Part shown: in pieces, positions 50,083 to 62,206 of the stretch
How positions within the stretch are numbered: position 1 is the stretch's first letter
Layout of the letters: every line of letters starts with the position of its first letter
From: Phoronis australis
Taxonomy: Eukaryota; Animalia; Phoronida
DNA: 64,000 bases
NCBI GenBank assembly: GCA_002633005.1
Contig: NMRA01000169.1
Location: 475,387 to 539,386 of the forward strand
Direction of reading: 5' to 3'
Made by a program: the position numbers and the translations under genes
The notes under the pieces: model-generated
Seen by the model: the letters and a program-made list of their open reading frames with translations, nothing else
Databases searched by the model: none
What the model was told of the DNA's origin: nothing

Positions 50083-51174
50083 CCGTAATCGTTCGGGTTA
50101 ACGCCCTGGGCGGTTAAATTGGCAAACCCCAAAAATCGGGGGTGGGCGGTTAACCAGACATGCGCGCTTAAACGTGAAATTTCAAGAAATCCAGGGTGGG
50201 CGGTTAACCGAACATGGGCGCTTATTACGACAGGCAACCGCCCTGGGCGGTTAATCTTACCTTGTACTCGGAACGCGTAGTACTTTTCAAAGAGCGTTAT
50301 CGTCACGTCGCCACATGACGAGAAAAATGTCATAACAGCGGATGATCCCAACAAAGATTCTCTTGCCCTCAGATTAGTTATTCACTGTTAAATTTACAGA
50401 ATTACTGAGCAATAGCCCCGTGGCGTCCTGCGGTTTTGTTACTTTGCCCTCTAGAGCAGACGACCAGTGACCACGCAGCCTCTACTTGGATTGCAACTAT
50501 TTTAAGATGTGACCTTGTTAAAGTGCGCGCGTGCAAGCTTCACGTGTTGCAGAGGTCACAGCAGACATCAAATTTATGGTTACAGTCTCGTACTGAGCTG
50601 CCAAGTTCATAGTCTGAGAGCAGTTTTAAAATGAGTTGTAATAAAAGTTTGAAAAACTTAATTCAGATTTTTTTGTGTTTAGGATGTTTATAGTCGACAC
50701 TCTGTGACTCAATGACATTTTCAGCGTATGGTTCTGTGGCTAGCTGTTTTATCTCGACCGCCCGGCATTGCTCACTTGCCGTTGCGCCAAACATGCTCGG
50801 CAAAGAATTAGGCCTAAGACAAGAATCGGTGTTAAGCGGCCGTGAGCCACTCGTCAATCAAGAATAAAATTTCGAACCACGACATAAATATAAAACGCCA
50901 CAAAACAGCGATGTTTCAATTCATTCTTAAACAATCGCCTTACCAATCTTCGTGGTGGAAAAACATTTATTTTTCATGCAAGATGTCCAGATTATCCTAT
51001 TTATATCACTTGCAATAGGCCTATCACACTGCGGCACTGTTCGGTCTCGCTGTTAGCAAGCAATGTCTCAGTCGGCTGACAGTCGTGACTTGGAAATGCC
51101 GTCAAGTAATAAAACGGCCTCTTCCAATATGCATCTCGTTTTTTATGGCCAAAGATAGCGGCGGGAATCAGCAC
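50083..51174. mobile_element. Tc1/mariner-pogo-like non-autonomous element inserted at TA, truncated by an N
   Basis: Begins TA|CCGTAATC with four subterminal gggcggttaa repeats; absent from the homologous site at 52388. Confidence 0.6.
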
Positions 51175-51188
51175 NAGGTGGGCGTTAA

Positions 51189-52232
51189 GGTCATGCTGGA
51201 CCCTTGAAAAGTGCCCAGATTAGGCAAACATTTGGAGCATCACATCTCACAAATAACTGATCGGGTTCAAATGAAAATTTCAGGTAGTAGGATTTATGCA
51301 CTACTTTACAAAACAATGTTAAGAATTGTTTTTGAAATGATCACTTTTGCAAGTGAGGTTATCAAAAATAAGGCTTACGATTTTTATGAAAATAATGAGA
51401 AAATGCCCTCAAACAAAAATGAAATGATAATTTAGAAAACTGTTACAGCTTTTTTGACATGTTGTATTGAAAATTTATATCAAATGGAATAAAGTCATTT
51501 TATTGATGCTGTTGTTTGGTTATGAATGTACTTTTCTTTTTACTGAATTTTATGGTCACATAAATAACCCAGTTGTAGGCAGATTGGTATGAAGACAAAA
51601 ATCAAATTCTATGGACTTTTTACTTTCAGGGAATGTTTTCTTTAATTGCTGAATTGTAATTCATAGCTGAGTGGATATTTGGCAAAATACATAGACTTGT
51701 TGATAAGGCATAACATAACATTCAAGTTATGTTGCACCTTGTCCACAACAGTGTATATTTAGCCAACCGTAACCGTATATATTTTGTGAAAGCAGAAAGG
51801 TTTTAGAATTTGCTCTTTGACTTTTTACCTATCTACCGTTAATTTTGTGACGTGGCGATGTCTTTGGATAAATTTAGAAAAAATGAAAGGTCTATTGATA
51901 GCAAAACGACGGTATCAAAATATGATCAAATTTCATTTGATATAAATGTTCAAGATAAAATCTCCAAAACCATGATTACAATTTTCTAAATTGTCTGGTC
52001 ATTTTCATTTTGTTTAATTTTTTAGTTTGTCCATGGGAATCATAAAAATCATATTTTTTATAGCCCTTGTGCAAAAATGGAATATTTTGAAAACATTTCT
52101 TAACAGCGGTTTAGAGAACAGTTGCATAAAGCATAGTATCTAAAAGTTTCATACGAATCCAATCAGCCATTTCTGAGATATGATGTGCAAAAGTTAGGCA
52201 AATTTGGAATTTTTCTAGGGTCCTGTATTACC
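51189..52232. mobile_element. Second (allelic or duplicated) copy of the Kolobok-like element
   Basis: TTAA at 51185-51188 and 52233-52236; same flanks as 48910-49931. Confidence 0.75.
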
Positions 52233-55200
52233 TTAAGCCGTGCATTAATTATTGGGCACTTGTCTACATGGACAGTTACACTTGAATAACTTGATCAGGG
52301 GCAAGGTGCTGTTCTTTGAAATGGTTAAATGATGACTTGGGCCATAACAAGTGATTGTGATAACTGATATCTGTTGTTTGGGTAAATATAAAGTCTCAGA
52401 CACAATTTCCTGGATATAGAGTGTAATAATATATAGTTCAAACACAGCTTGAATGTGTGAATATTCACATCTGTGTTAAGTTACGCCAGTTTCAACTCTG
52501 CGAACATTGTCATTTGTGCCTGATTAGGTATTCACTTCAGGTGACATCTTGATTTAGAGTACCCACCCACTGGTCACTACTTCAATGAATTATATATGGA
52601 GAAAAGACAATACTTTTGAAAAGTATGTTGCTCAGTTTTGGCTATGCTTGCATTCAACTATGGTGCTGCACCGTGTCTAGTCTAGCACACACTACAATTT
52701 ACTGCAGAACACCTTGCCCTAAACTAACTTGTCCATGTTTAGTGCAGCACCATCTCTACAAATCCTGCACTATGACGCTAATATGGTACAAAAATTATTA
52801 GGCACCCTTATTTGTGTAACTGAGCAAGCGTACAGCATGTAATTTACTTCTGCGTTGTCCCCATGTCTGAGTCCACTCTACGACTTGGCACTGGGGCATG
52901 TCATCTAAACCTAGTGACAATTCAATCCAGCAATAAGTTGTTCTGGGGTACGTTACAGTGTGGGCGGGAGATTTTGAAATGTTCTGAGCCATGTTTGGAA
53001 AGCCCTGAGCCATGTTTTGGACATCGTGTGCTCGTTGGAAAAGCTCTGAGCCATGTTCAAAATACTGACCCATGTTTGAAATTTTTGAGCCTTTTCTACT
53101 TTACAAGTCTAATGAATGAACTAGTGTTGCAATGTGACACTAGTATTTTTAATTGTATTTGCTGTAAAATGCTTGGTGACATAATCAGCGAGTGAAAATG
53201 TCATTTCCAGTAATAGTAGTTTCAATGAATGAATGGTAAGCAAGGTTGGATTGTTGTTCAGGGAGAAAGCGACACGTATGCACCATGTTTATTAAGTCCA
53301 ACTTTTCGCTAAATTCACCAAGTGAGAAAAACTGAAATGAATTCAGATGACAAAAATAATGTTCTTTCTTTTATGTCGATGTCATGACCTAAAACTGATA
53401 TCACCATATCTAACTTTTGTTGTTGTAAACTTTGTAAAATCTCTTGCGTTTACTATGGAGAATCATGCTGAGCATGCATTTTGTTTGAGCACAAGTCAGG
53501 CTGGTAACACATGGTATCTTGTTAACAGGAATACTTTATGTCAAGTTTACATGACAATCACTTAGTGTCTGTGTTATTTCCATAAAAAGAGTTAAACATT
53601 GAACATATTGCACTGGTGTGATTGTGAAGTGGTGTGTATGTTGATAGATGTTCTGAGAACTAATTAATTATACGGTATGTTAAAAAGGATCTACCATGAA
53701 TCATCTGGCAATGAGTGTCCTGTAAAAAGAATAATGTGGTATGTACTGGTAAATAACCCTGCATGATGTGGGCCATGTGAACCCAGGAGGAACATGATTA
53801 ATCCAAATGCAGATCTTTTAAAACCACATTTGCAAAGTATCTATGAATACAACTGAAGCTTGGTTAGCACAAGATTTGTCAAAATCGCATTACTGTATAG
53901 TTCCTGCTATAGCACAGCATAGTTAAGAGGATGTAAATACTCCTTTAAATGTATTACCCCAGGGACTACTTTAACTACTTAAGTCTGCCATTAACTGAAC
54001 AAGATCTTATATGTCTGTTTCAATTTCTTCTCTCTGGAGACAGTGCTAGCTGTGTAAGTGTAGTTGATTGTAACAAGCAAAGCTTGCTTCTACCGACTGT
54101 ATATCTGTGCAGGTCAGTTAATACCGAAGTCATCTTAAGCTTGGATCATGCAATGCGATTTATGATTTCTCACCAGTGGGCTACATAAATAGGGCTGTTT
54201 GTCATATATGACTTCTCCTGAGTGAGACGAAAGTTGGAACACAATTGAATGGTCTTTTCCTCAGCTGGCAAGTCGTATACGGCTTTACCGTAAAAATTGT
54301 GGAAATATGTGTCTACAATTTCTGTTTAGTCGCGTTCGGCGTTGTTTTTTCTAGGCCCATACCATTGGTCATTGGTTCTACAAAGGTCATTCCAGAAATT
54401 AAAACTTATGACTCCAGCTTCTCAAAGGAATTCTTCAGCTATGACAAAATCGTGAGCTCTGTAGATTGTCTATCACATAACAGTCATGCCAATAGTAAAA
54501 TTCAAGACTTGAGCCCACGGGCGGTTTAGTAAGTCTTTATGAAGGCTGACATATTTGCCTATGCCTTTGACTCTCAGGTATGCACATGTACTGTTTTATG
54601 TACTGTCTCTTAGATGAGATGAAATGTTTATTAAAAAAGCTCACATATTAAAGACTGGCAATGAGGGAAGAGAAAATGTTTGTATATTTTTTGCAGAAGC
54701 AGCTGTAAATCCATTATGTTAGGTGCTACAGCCTTTGAGTTCATACTTGAGTTTTGATGCCTTTTTGTGGTTGTGATATGCCTGCTTTTGACGAACAAGG
54801 CAAAGTTTTCGGGGCAGTTTTTGTTGGGTACTTGTTCTACAATCTGATTGCAGCTGCTTAGCGTTATATATTATATACGTGCGAGTATCACTGTTGAAAC
54901 AAGTGGATCAAGTTCTCGTGTCAATGAGATTAAAATTTCATGAAACATCCCCGAAGAAATTATTGTATTTATTATACACGTGTTACTGCTTTACGCATCA
55001 CTTGCAAAATCGCCAAATATTGCAAGGTCTTATTAAACTAGGTCAAAATTTTCAAGCTGACATCTGAGCAGGCCATTTTTGAAAAACTTCAAAAGCACAG
55101 ATCAATAGGGTATTCTATTAATGCAATTAAATTAGTCATGTGGGAACCTCTACAATGCTAGTGTTAGGGGTTTATGTAAGGGTATACTTGTGGTTAAGTT

Positions 55201-58200
55201 ACTGGGGCTCATGGCAGGGTGTTGACCAATAATCTTAGTATAGTATAACTTCTTCAATTTAGAACAGTCAAGTATTATTTTTCAAAAATTTTCAACTTAA
55301 AAGTAAACGGGTAGAAAATTTTACTTCTGGATTTGTAGCGTATTTTGTACAACTGTCATCAACAAACACAAAATGAAATCTGAGCATTTTTAACAGTACA
55401 GTGAGCTTTTGAAAAACAAAGATTTTTGTTCTAATTTTGGTAAAACTTTCCTGTAATGCACTATGTTTCTCTCCGCCGGAGGAAAATTCATTTCTGACAA
55501 AAATTTGCAGAATCTTACATTTTGTCTACATTAATACGAATATGTTCCTCTTTACCTGTTTTTATGCGAGGAACAGTTGTCATGGTACGAGTTGTTACAG
55601 TGCTTCACTTAAGTGGCATTTAAACGACATTAGGTCACAAACTGGATCATTTACACAGAGACTGTTTGCACATGCTTGCATAAATAATAGCAAGCGCCCA
55701 AACCATGCAGAATGCTAGTGGATCGCCTGTATATACGATCGTGTTTAAGTGCATTGAAAGAGCCTCCCTTTCCGCCCAGTCCCAGTTGTGTTTAGATATG
55801 TAGTTGACACTGGGGCGACTGATCGCTCTACATCTCAAACCAGTGTCAAAAATGGCCACCGTGGTGTCAACTTGGTTTGTGTGGGTCGTGTTCACAAACA
55901 CACTTACGCCTGACCAGCCGTTCTGTGTTAGGTGCTCTGTGAGAGTTGTCTCCCGTGTAAACGCGGCTTATGGAAATAAGATTAACTGTTGATGTTCTCC
56001 ACATGATATTTTAAAAATTCCCCTATACCGGTAATATATTTCCGGCATTTTCATGACTTGTCATCACCATTCAGTCCCATATGGTAAAATCTCTCCAAGG
56101 CATTTTAACATTGTTGTGAATATCCACGCTTATGTCTGATGGTAGGTACTGTTTAGAACTCGAACATCATTTACCGTTAATTTGGTACGTCATGTACTGT
56201 ACCGTACATACGTTTTTATGAAAATATAAGGAAATGGAATTTGACTTGTCTGCCGTATTGGCGACACTGCACCCTACTCTATATTTTGACATGCAAGATT
56301 ATTTATTGGTTTTCTTGGCAGTTGATTTGTCAATTTGTGGCTGTTGACATTGAAATGAGAACCAAATCTATTGAATATTAAAGTTGCTGGGATTTAACTG
56401 GTTTCAATGTTTAAATTTGACATTTTTAACTTACATTCTACACATGTATTCATGGTTGATCATAATTTGTCGAAAGATTTTTTGTATTAATTCGTATCAA
56501 CAATTTCATATGAGTGATATGATATGATATATGATATGATTTGATATGAATGGTTGATGAGAATTCAGCTATGAGAATAGAAAATTTGCATAAATTCTAA
56601 CCAATCATGAGCAATCTTCAGTTATTTGCGCATTATTTTCTGACTAATCACAGGACTATAGGTCTTTGTGAACATTCACAAATAAAATCCCCTCTCAAAC
56701 CCCAAGGTTTCCTGGAGGTTCACCTTAATATAACTGTCTTTCAGTCCAAGGCTCCACACCCAGGTAAATAAGTCTGAGTACACATACCTGCATTCCTCTC
56801 ACCCAGAGGCAATGGAAGATTAGATACCATTTTGGATGTTTTGAAACTCTATCAAATTTCCAATCCTATTAGGAATCAGTGGTGGTTGCTTTCTTTCTAC
56901 ATGCACAAGCCCATCCTGTCTGTTATTGACATTCAATGAAGATTTGGCCAGCTCTGTCTACATAGAATTCTGTTAGGTATGTGTGTGTATGATGAGCTTT
57001 TGACTTAAGCCTGGGTTAGAACCATTCAATACAGTTAGAGTTTGAATTGAAGGATGGGAACATTTTAACAGTAGCCAGCACTATGTTCTAAAGCTGAAAT
57101 AACAATCTAATTGGTCCCTGTACTCTCATAAAATCTCCTGATATTATTCGTTGCTGGGATAAAATTGTATTTCTATTACTAATAAGAAAATCAAAACCCC
57201 TTATCAACGAAAAGAAAATGCTTCAGAGGTTATTGGAGTTTGGACCAACCCTAAAATTACGAATTTTAAAATGGCACATCTACACATTGCATTGACTTGC
57301 GTTTTGTGGCTGATTCGGCAATAAATCAAAATCGGATGAGCTTGGTAATGTTATAGGTTTAAAGCACTTTGGTTAAGAATTCAACTTTGACAGCTAAACA
57401 GGTTCAAAATGCCCTTTTAAGAGATAGCTTAATAGGTCAAATTTCACATATTTTCCTCAGAAATACAGTAGTACTGTCCTACATACTATAATTGAGCCTA
57501 GTATGGGCTTTGATAATGGACACAGTACATGTGGGTCCACTGAGTGCACTGATAATAGACACACATACTTATGACAATCACATTTTAATGAACAGAGTTT
57601 AGTGTAACAATTCATTTATCTAAATATTTAGCTTTAATTTGGTCAAGTGACGATGGCAAAACGGACGACATCGTGTTTTGCTTGATTTTTTTTCTGTTCC
57701 AAATTAGTTTGAGTTCATCTGCTATTCAGGAATACTGTAGAAATCTATATTTCAGAACAGAAGAGCAATAAGTAGCTTGTTATCCTAAAGATGGCGCTCT
57801 CTGTTGGTTTGAGACTTATCCTAAACCTTAGACTCAACTCAAACTGAGTTGATTAATGTTGAATACTGTTGGACTTATAATTTGAGTGACATTATTATCA
57901 ATTCATTATTTGTGGTGTTATATAACAACATATTTAAACTTCAATATTGTTTTTTTAATTTTTATATTTTTTGTTTTATTTGCAAAATTATGTTCAATTT
58001 TACTTTTTTAAATGTTTCTATCGTGTTTTATTTGCAGAATTACATAAAATTAAATTCAAAGGACTTTTTATGTAGATGAACAACAAATTTTTTGTTTATC
58101 GTAATAACCACACAATACAATATCGCCATCATAGTCTGCCCCAAGTAGGCAGCACACCGATTTGGGACAGTTGAAATTCCGAGTGCATAAAAATTCCGAT

Positions 58201-58742
58201 CAGCGCATCTCACTAATTCACTGAAAGTAGTTCCATTAACATCCAAGATGTAATTACCATGTTTATCAATAGCCCACACAACTTGAACAGATACTAGAGT
58301 ACTCAAAGTGTTGATAACAGCTTGTCAAGTTTTCCTGAATCCCCTAAGATTGCATCACAGCCATTTTGGTTGATGATCTGTGGCAAAAATCCATTTGTTT
58401 GGCCAGACTCGGTTGATTTGTAACTGTAACTTGTTAGAAATAGACGACTTTTTTCGTCATCTGTGATTTGAGATCTAACTTTTCCTATGAATGCATTCAG
58501 ACAACATTTCCTAATGACCCATTACCACAATAAGAGCCATCTTGTGTCCTCAACTTTTTTGCTTCTTGCAAGTAAAAAATAATGCAGGTGATCTGATACA
58601 CGTTGCATTTGACACGCGCAGACAGCTCAGCCAGGCCTGTTGCACCAAACACATGAAACCATTTTCATTTATTAATAAAAAAGACAAACACAAATTGAGA
58701 CCGAGCTCAGTAGTTAGAGACCTGACGCAAGGGTCAACAATA

Positions 58743-58805
58743 GGGCCCAGTGGGATTTGAACCTACGACCTACGTGAACGGGAGGTAAACACTCAACCCA
58801 CTACT
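58743..58805 (-). mobile_element. tRNA-derived SINE head remnant
   Basis: B-box GGTTCAAATCC on the minus strand; remainder degenerate. Confidence 0.4.
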
Positions 58806-59307
58806 GTAAGTAACACTGCCTCCTTCTGACCTCTTCCTTCTCCTCAAACTTTCGAATAAACTATAAATGAAGATGGAGGCATCCCGAAAATGAGCCAGGT
58901 CCTATGGTGTGAATTTCTTTGCGGGGTTACTGAGCTGCTTTTGCGTGTGTGTGTGGTAGGGGTATGGAGCTGGAAAGTTAGGATGCTCACCCTTTGTGCA
59001 ATGACAAGTCGTCTTTTTGTTGAGTTTTGTTCTGCTAATGTGGCACTTTTGTTTCTTTACCACCTATTTTGTGTACCCGCTTTTGAGAATAACATCCAAT
59101 AAGGCAACCTTTGTAGAGAATTAGATGAGAAGAAGACACCCCTTCACAATTACCAACTTTTTAATCAGAAAAAGATACCCTTTCATAGAGAATTAAACCA
59201 GAAAAGCCCATGCTTTCATGGCCGATGTGGCTGTGAAAAACCACCGGAGCGCCATCTGTAGGATTTCTTGGCATACAAATGAATGTCTTCTGGTGTTTGT
59301 TTTACAG

Positions 59308-59432
59308 ACATTGATAATGAAGAGTTGAGGATACTGCTGGAAGATGGCGCTGTCCCTGCTGTTGGTTGGGAACCAGTGTACTGTGCACTGTTCCAAGATA
59401 AGCTACTGTTGTCTCACTTCAGGACCGAAGAG
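59308..59432 (+). CDS. RasGAP (nGAP/DAB2IP/SynGAP-like) coding exon 2 (DIDNEELRILLEDGAVPAVGWEPVYCALFQDKLLLSHFRTEE)
   Basis: ttttacAG acceptor, GTacaa donor; 125 nt, phase 1-0; W-x-P-x-Y-C-x-L PH strand motif. Confidence 0.8.
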
Positions 59433-60737
59433 GTACAACAATAACTACTTGTTATTAGGCCAAAATAGTAGAGTTGGTTCTGATCTCTTGTTTTTCTTTT
59501 TTTTTTGAAAAATATAATTGATGGTGGGATATTTTTACTCATCTTTTTCAAAAAAATCCTGACGCAAGCAAAATTGATGCAGGAGTTTAACTTATTGCTT
59601 GGCAAATCGTGGCGTTTCAAACCTTGTTTAAACTTGCTTACGTGCCTTTGTGTGACTTCAAAAAACACTGGACCTTTGTTGGCAGGCAGTTTTTGAACAA
59701 GTCTTCGAAATGAGTCGGGAAGGGTTTTTTCTGTTTTCTCTGAGGTCATGGACTTCTCCTGAAGTGTCAAAATCTGTTGGGACATTAAACAAAATCTGTC
59801 GCTCAAAATTCGCCATTGGAGTATAGCGACCAAACTTTGGCCGGTGATAGAAAGAACAAACAACTTTCAAACAGAGTAATTCTTTGCCTTGAATTGTCAA
59901 GTTCGCGACAAACATGAGGGGCAAAATGAATCAGGTAAATATCTTGACTAAAGTCAAAATCAATTGGAAATTCTGAAAATAAATTGGACCCACTCCGATG
60001 ACCGATGCTTAACAAAATCTCTGGTCTGGGGTACCGACCGAAACCAAATACCTTATGCTTTTTTGTCTTTCACAGTAATATTTCAAACAAGAATTGTGGC
60101 TACTAGAATTGACCCTTTCATTTTTCAGTTTCTTGTAACATAGTTGGGAACACTAAACATTTTAAAAAATTTTTGGCATAACGTGGTTACAGAACTTGAA
60201 TATGGTAGAGAAGGACTTCTTTGATGTCACTTGTTGTTTGTGAATAAAGAAATGAAATATTACTAGTCAGCCATGTTGCACCTTAAGTTGGTGGGATTAA
60301 TTAGTATTATGCCCCCTTCACATTGACACTGTCTAGGACTGGTAGGGAACCTCATCTTGGTCTGCTTTTTGCTTGTATGATCTCCTAAAACCACATACAA
60401 TATTTTTAAAATTATTTTTCAAAAAAATGAGGATTGGCTATTTTTCCAAGGCTTATTAGCTTCCTACAAATAACAATAAATCTCAAATATATTTTTTGCC
60501 TGATATAACAATGCAAACTATATTGATATAATTTTGGTGAGAAATTTGATGAAATAATTCCACTTCTCAGCCATATTGTGCCTCAAGTTTACACCCTGAT
60601 AGGCTTTTTTGCAGACACCAGAAAGAAATTAAAGTGTTAACACTTGTTAATTCCAGCAGGAAGAAATTACTGCACAAGCATTTTTCTTGTACCCAAAGTG
60701 TTTTCTGCCGTTGAATTCTGGTCATCGTATTCTCTAG

Positions 60738-60873
60738 GCACTGGATGAAATTCACTGTAAATTACCCACATTCCGGCTGGACGAGGGTAAGGAGGAATTT
60801 GACAAAAGATGGGGCTACTCTACGATACTTCGTATCCAAGAGAATGCACTCCAGCATGAACCACACGAGTTTG
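60738..60873 (+). CDS. RasGAP (nGAP/DAB2IP/SynGAP-like) coding exon 3 (ALDEIHCKLPTFRLDEGKEEFDKRWGYSTILRIQENALQHEPHEF)
   Basis: tctctAG acceptor, G|GTAAGT donor; 136 nt, phase 0-1; P-x-x-RLD...W pattern. Confidence 0.75.
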
Positions 60874-61559
60874 GTAAGTGGTAGTACGCTTTACTTGGTG
60901 AAAATTGTTCACTTTGGACAATAAAAAGTATTCTTTTCCGAAAAATGTGGGGCCATGACCATGTTTTTTAACCTATTGTAATATTTTAGTAAATATATAG
61001 GCACCGATGTTGGCCTATAGTGAATCAAATAAACAAATAAACAAAGAAAAATCCAGAAACCCAAATGGGAATCGAACCATTGGCCTCTAGATTTCCCGTC
61101 TAGTGCTCTTTGTGGTTTGATTCCCAGTTGAGGTTCCTGATTTTTCGTAATATTTCAGCATTTGAGACGAAACGAATGGAAATTGGTCAATGTCTAATGT
61201 CTTTGCAATGCTGTTGTAAGCATTCCAAGAAACGTTTACTTCTAATTAAAAATCGTTTATCGCTCAATGTCACGAACTGAAGATTGTCCTAAATTTGGCC
61301 ATGTGAGGCTGCACTAGAGATTTAATGGACATATTTTGAATGAACACCAATCAGATCCAAGCTGTGACCTTGGACCAAGGAGGCCGTAATTGTTTGTTTT
61401 CTGAAATGAGCCTGTGCTGGTGGAACTAAATCCCAGTCGATAAATGACCGAGTATTTTAAGCTAATTTACCACATAAAAGTCACTGGCCTTTATTTCAAT
61501 GAATGTCTAATGGGATGTTTTTACTAGAATCACAAAAACAATGGATTTTGTTTTTTTAC

Positions 61560-61610
61560 AAATCCGGTCAAAACTAATAACTTCAAATCCGGTCAAAACT
61601 AATAACTTCA
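61560..61610. repeat. 25-bp direct tandem duplication
   Basis: aaatccggtcaaaactaataacttc, two copies. Confidence 0.85.
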
Positions 61611-61740
61611 AGAAATAATCCCAGAATGCCCTTTTGGTCATAAAGCTGATAATGTCCCTTATATTGCGGATTGTGATTGATGACACCCCCACCTGAACTT
61701 GAGCAAAACACCAACATTGTTATTTTAGTTGATCTGAAAA

Positions 61741-62206
61741 CAGGCCTTTATCCAGGATTTTGAAAATAGAATGTCCAAAATGGGGTTCCCAATATTCCAG
61801 GGCATCCATGATTCTGACGCGTAACCCCCCACCCCCAGCAATACCCCCAAACACACAGATTTTTTTGGAAAAAATGCATAGATCAAGGTTTTTACATCTA
61901 AGTTTATAAAACAGCCTTCTATGGTGAGCATTTTTACTAAAAAAAACTGTAGACCAAGACTTTTACAATGCTGTCAGTCAAGTGTCAAAATAGCAACAAT
62001 GCATATACTTTGTATATACATTGTATATTTCTTCCTGCTTTGAAAAAAGAGCCCCCACTGTGAGCCTTCTGAGGCTTATTGTATTCAATACAGTGTGCAA
62101 GTCCAAACTTGAGAGGTTCCTATGGGCAGTGGGCGTCCAAATGATACATTGGGGTCCTTGCCAGGGCCTCCATGGATGCCCAGGACATAAGCTGCATAAA
62201 GGCCTG
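61741..62206. mobile_element. hAT-superfamily MITE (466 bp)
   Basis: TIR CAGGCCTTTATCCAG / CAGGCCTTTATGCAG (14/15); perfect 8-bp TSD TCTGAAAA at 61733-61740 and 62207-62214. Confidence 0.88.

Larger units (their letters stand above)
33012..60873 (+). other. Ras GTPase-activating protein of the SynGAP/RASAL2 (nGAP)/DAB2IP family (Drosophila raskol-like), 5' part; continues beyond the window
   Basis: Three exons splice in phase (1, then 0) to MSSSSVRERTLKGSESIEFPSRIEGWLNVWDIDNEE...WEPVYCALFQDKLLLSHFRTEEALDEIHCKLPTFRLD. From recall, this resembles the raskol N-terminus (YPSRIEGWLDV...WGPLYCVL...IPRVRLD), the first half of the family's split PH domain. Confidence 0.8.

Noticed and set aside
48932-51435. 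Duplicated 74-aa ORFs (48932-49156 and 51211-51435) as a paralogous gene pair
   Set aside because: They lie within the TIR region of the non-autonomous element and its allelic copy; no domain similarity.
59414-59863. 149-aa minus-strand ORF
   Set aside because: No recognisable domain, runs through a poly-T tract and overlaps the RasGAP exon 2 donor antisense; probably repeat-derived.
60738-60873. Dual-coding exon (second frame HWMKFTVNYPHSGW... is also open)
   Set aside because: Only the first frame is in phase with the preceding exon and resembles the family; a second open frame over 136 nt is expected by chance.
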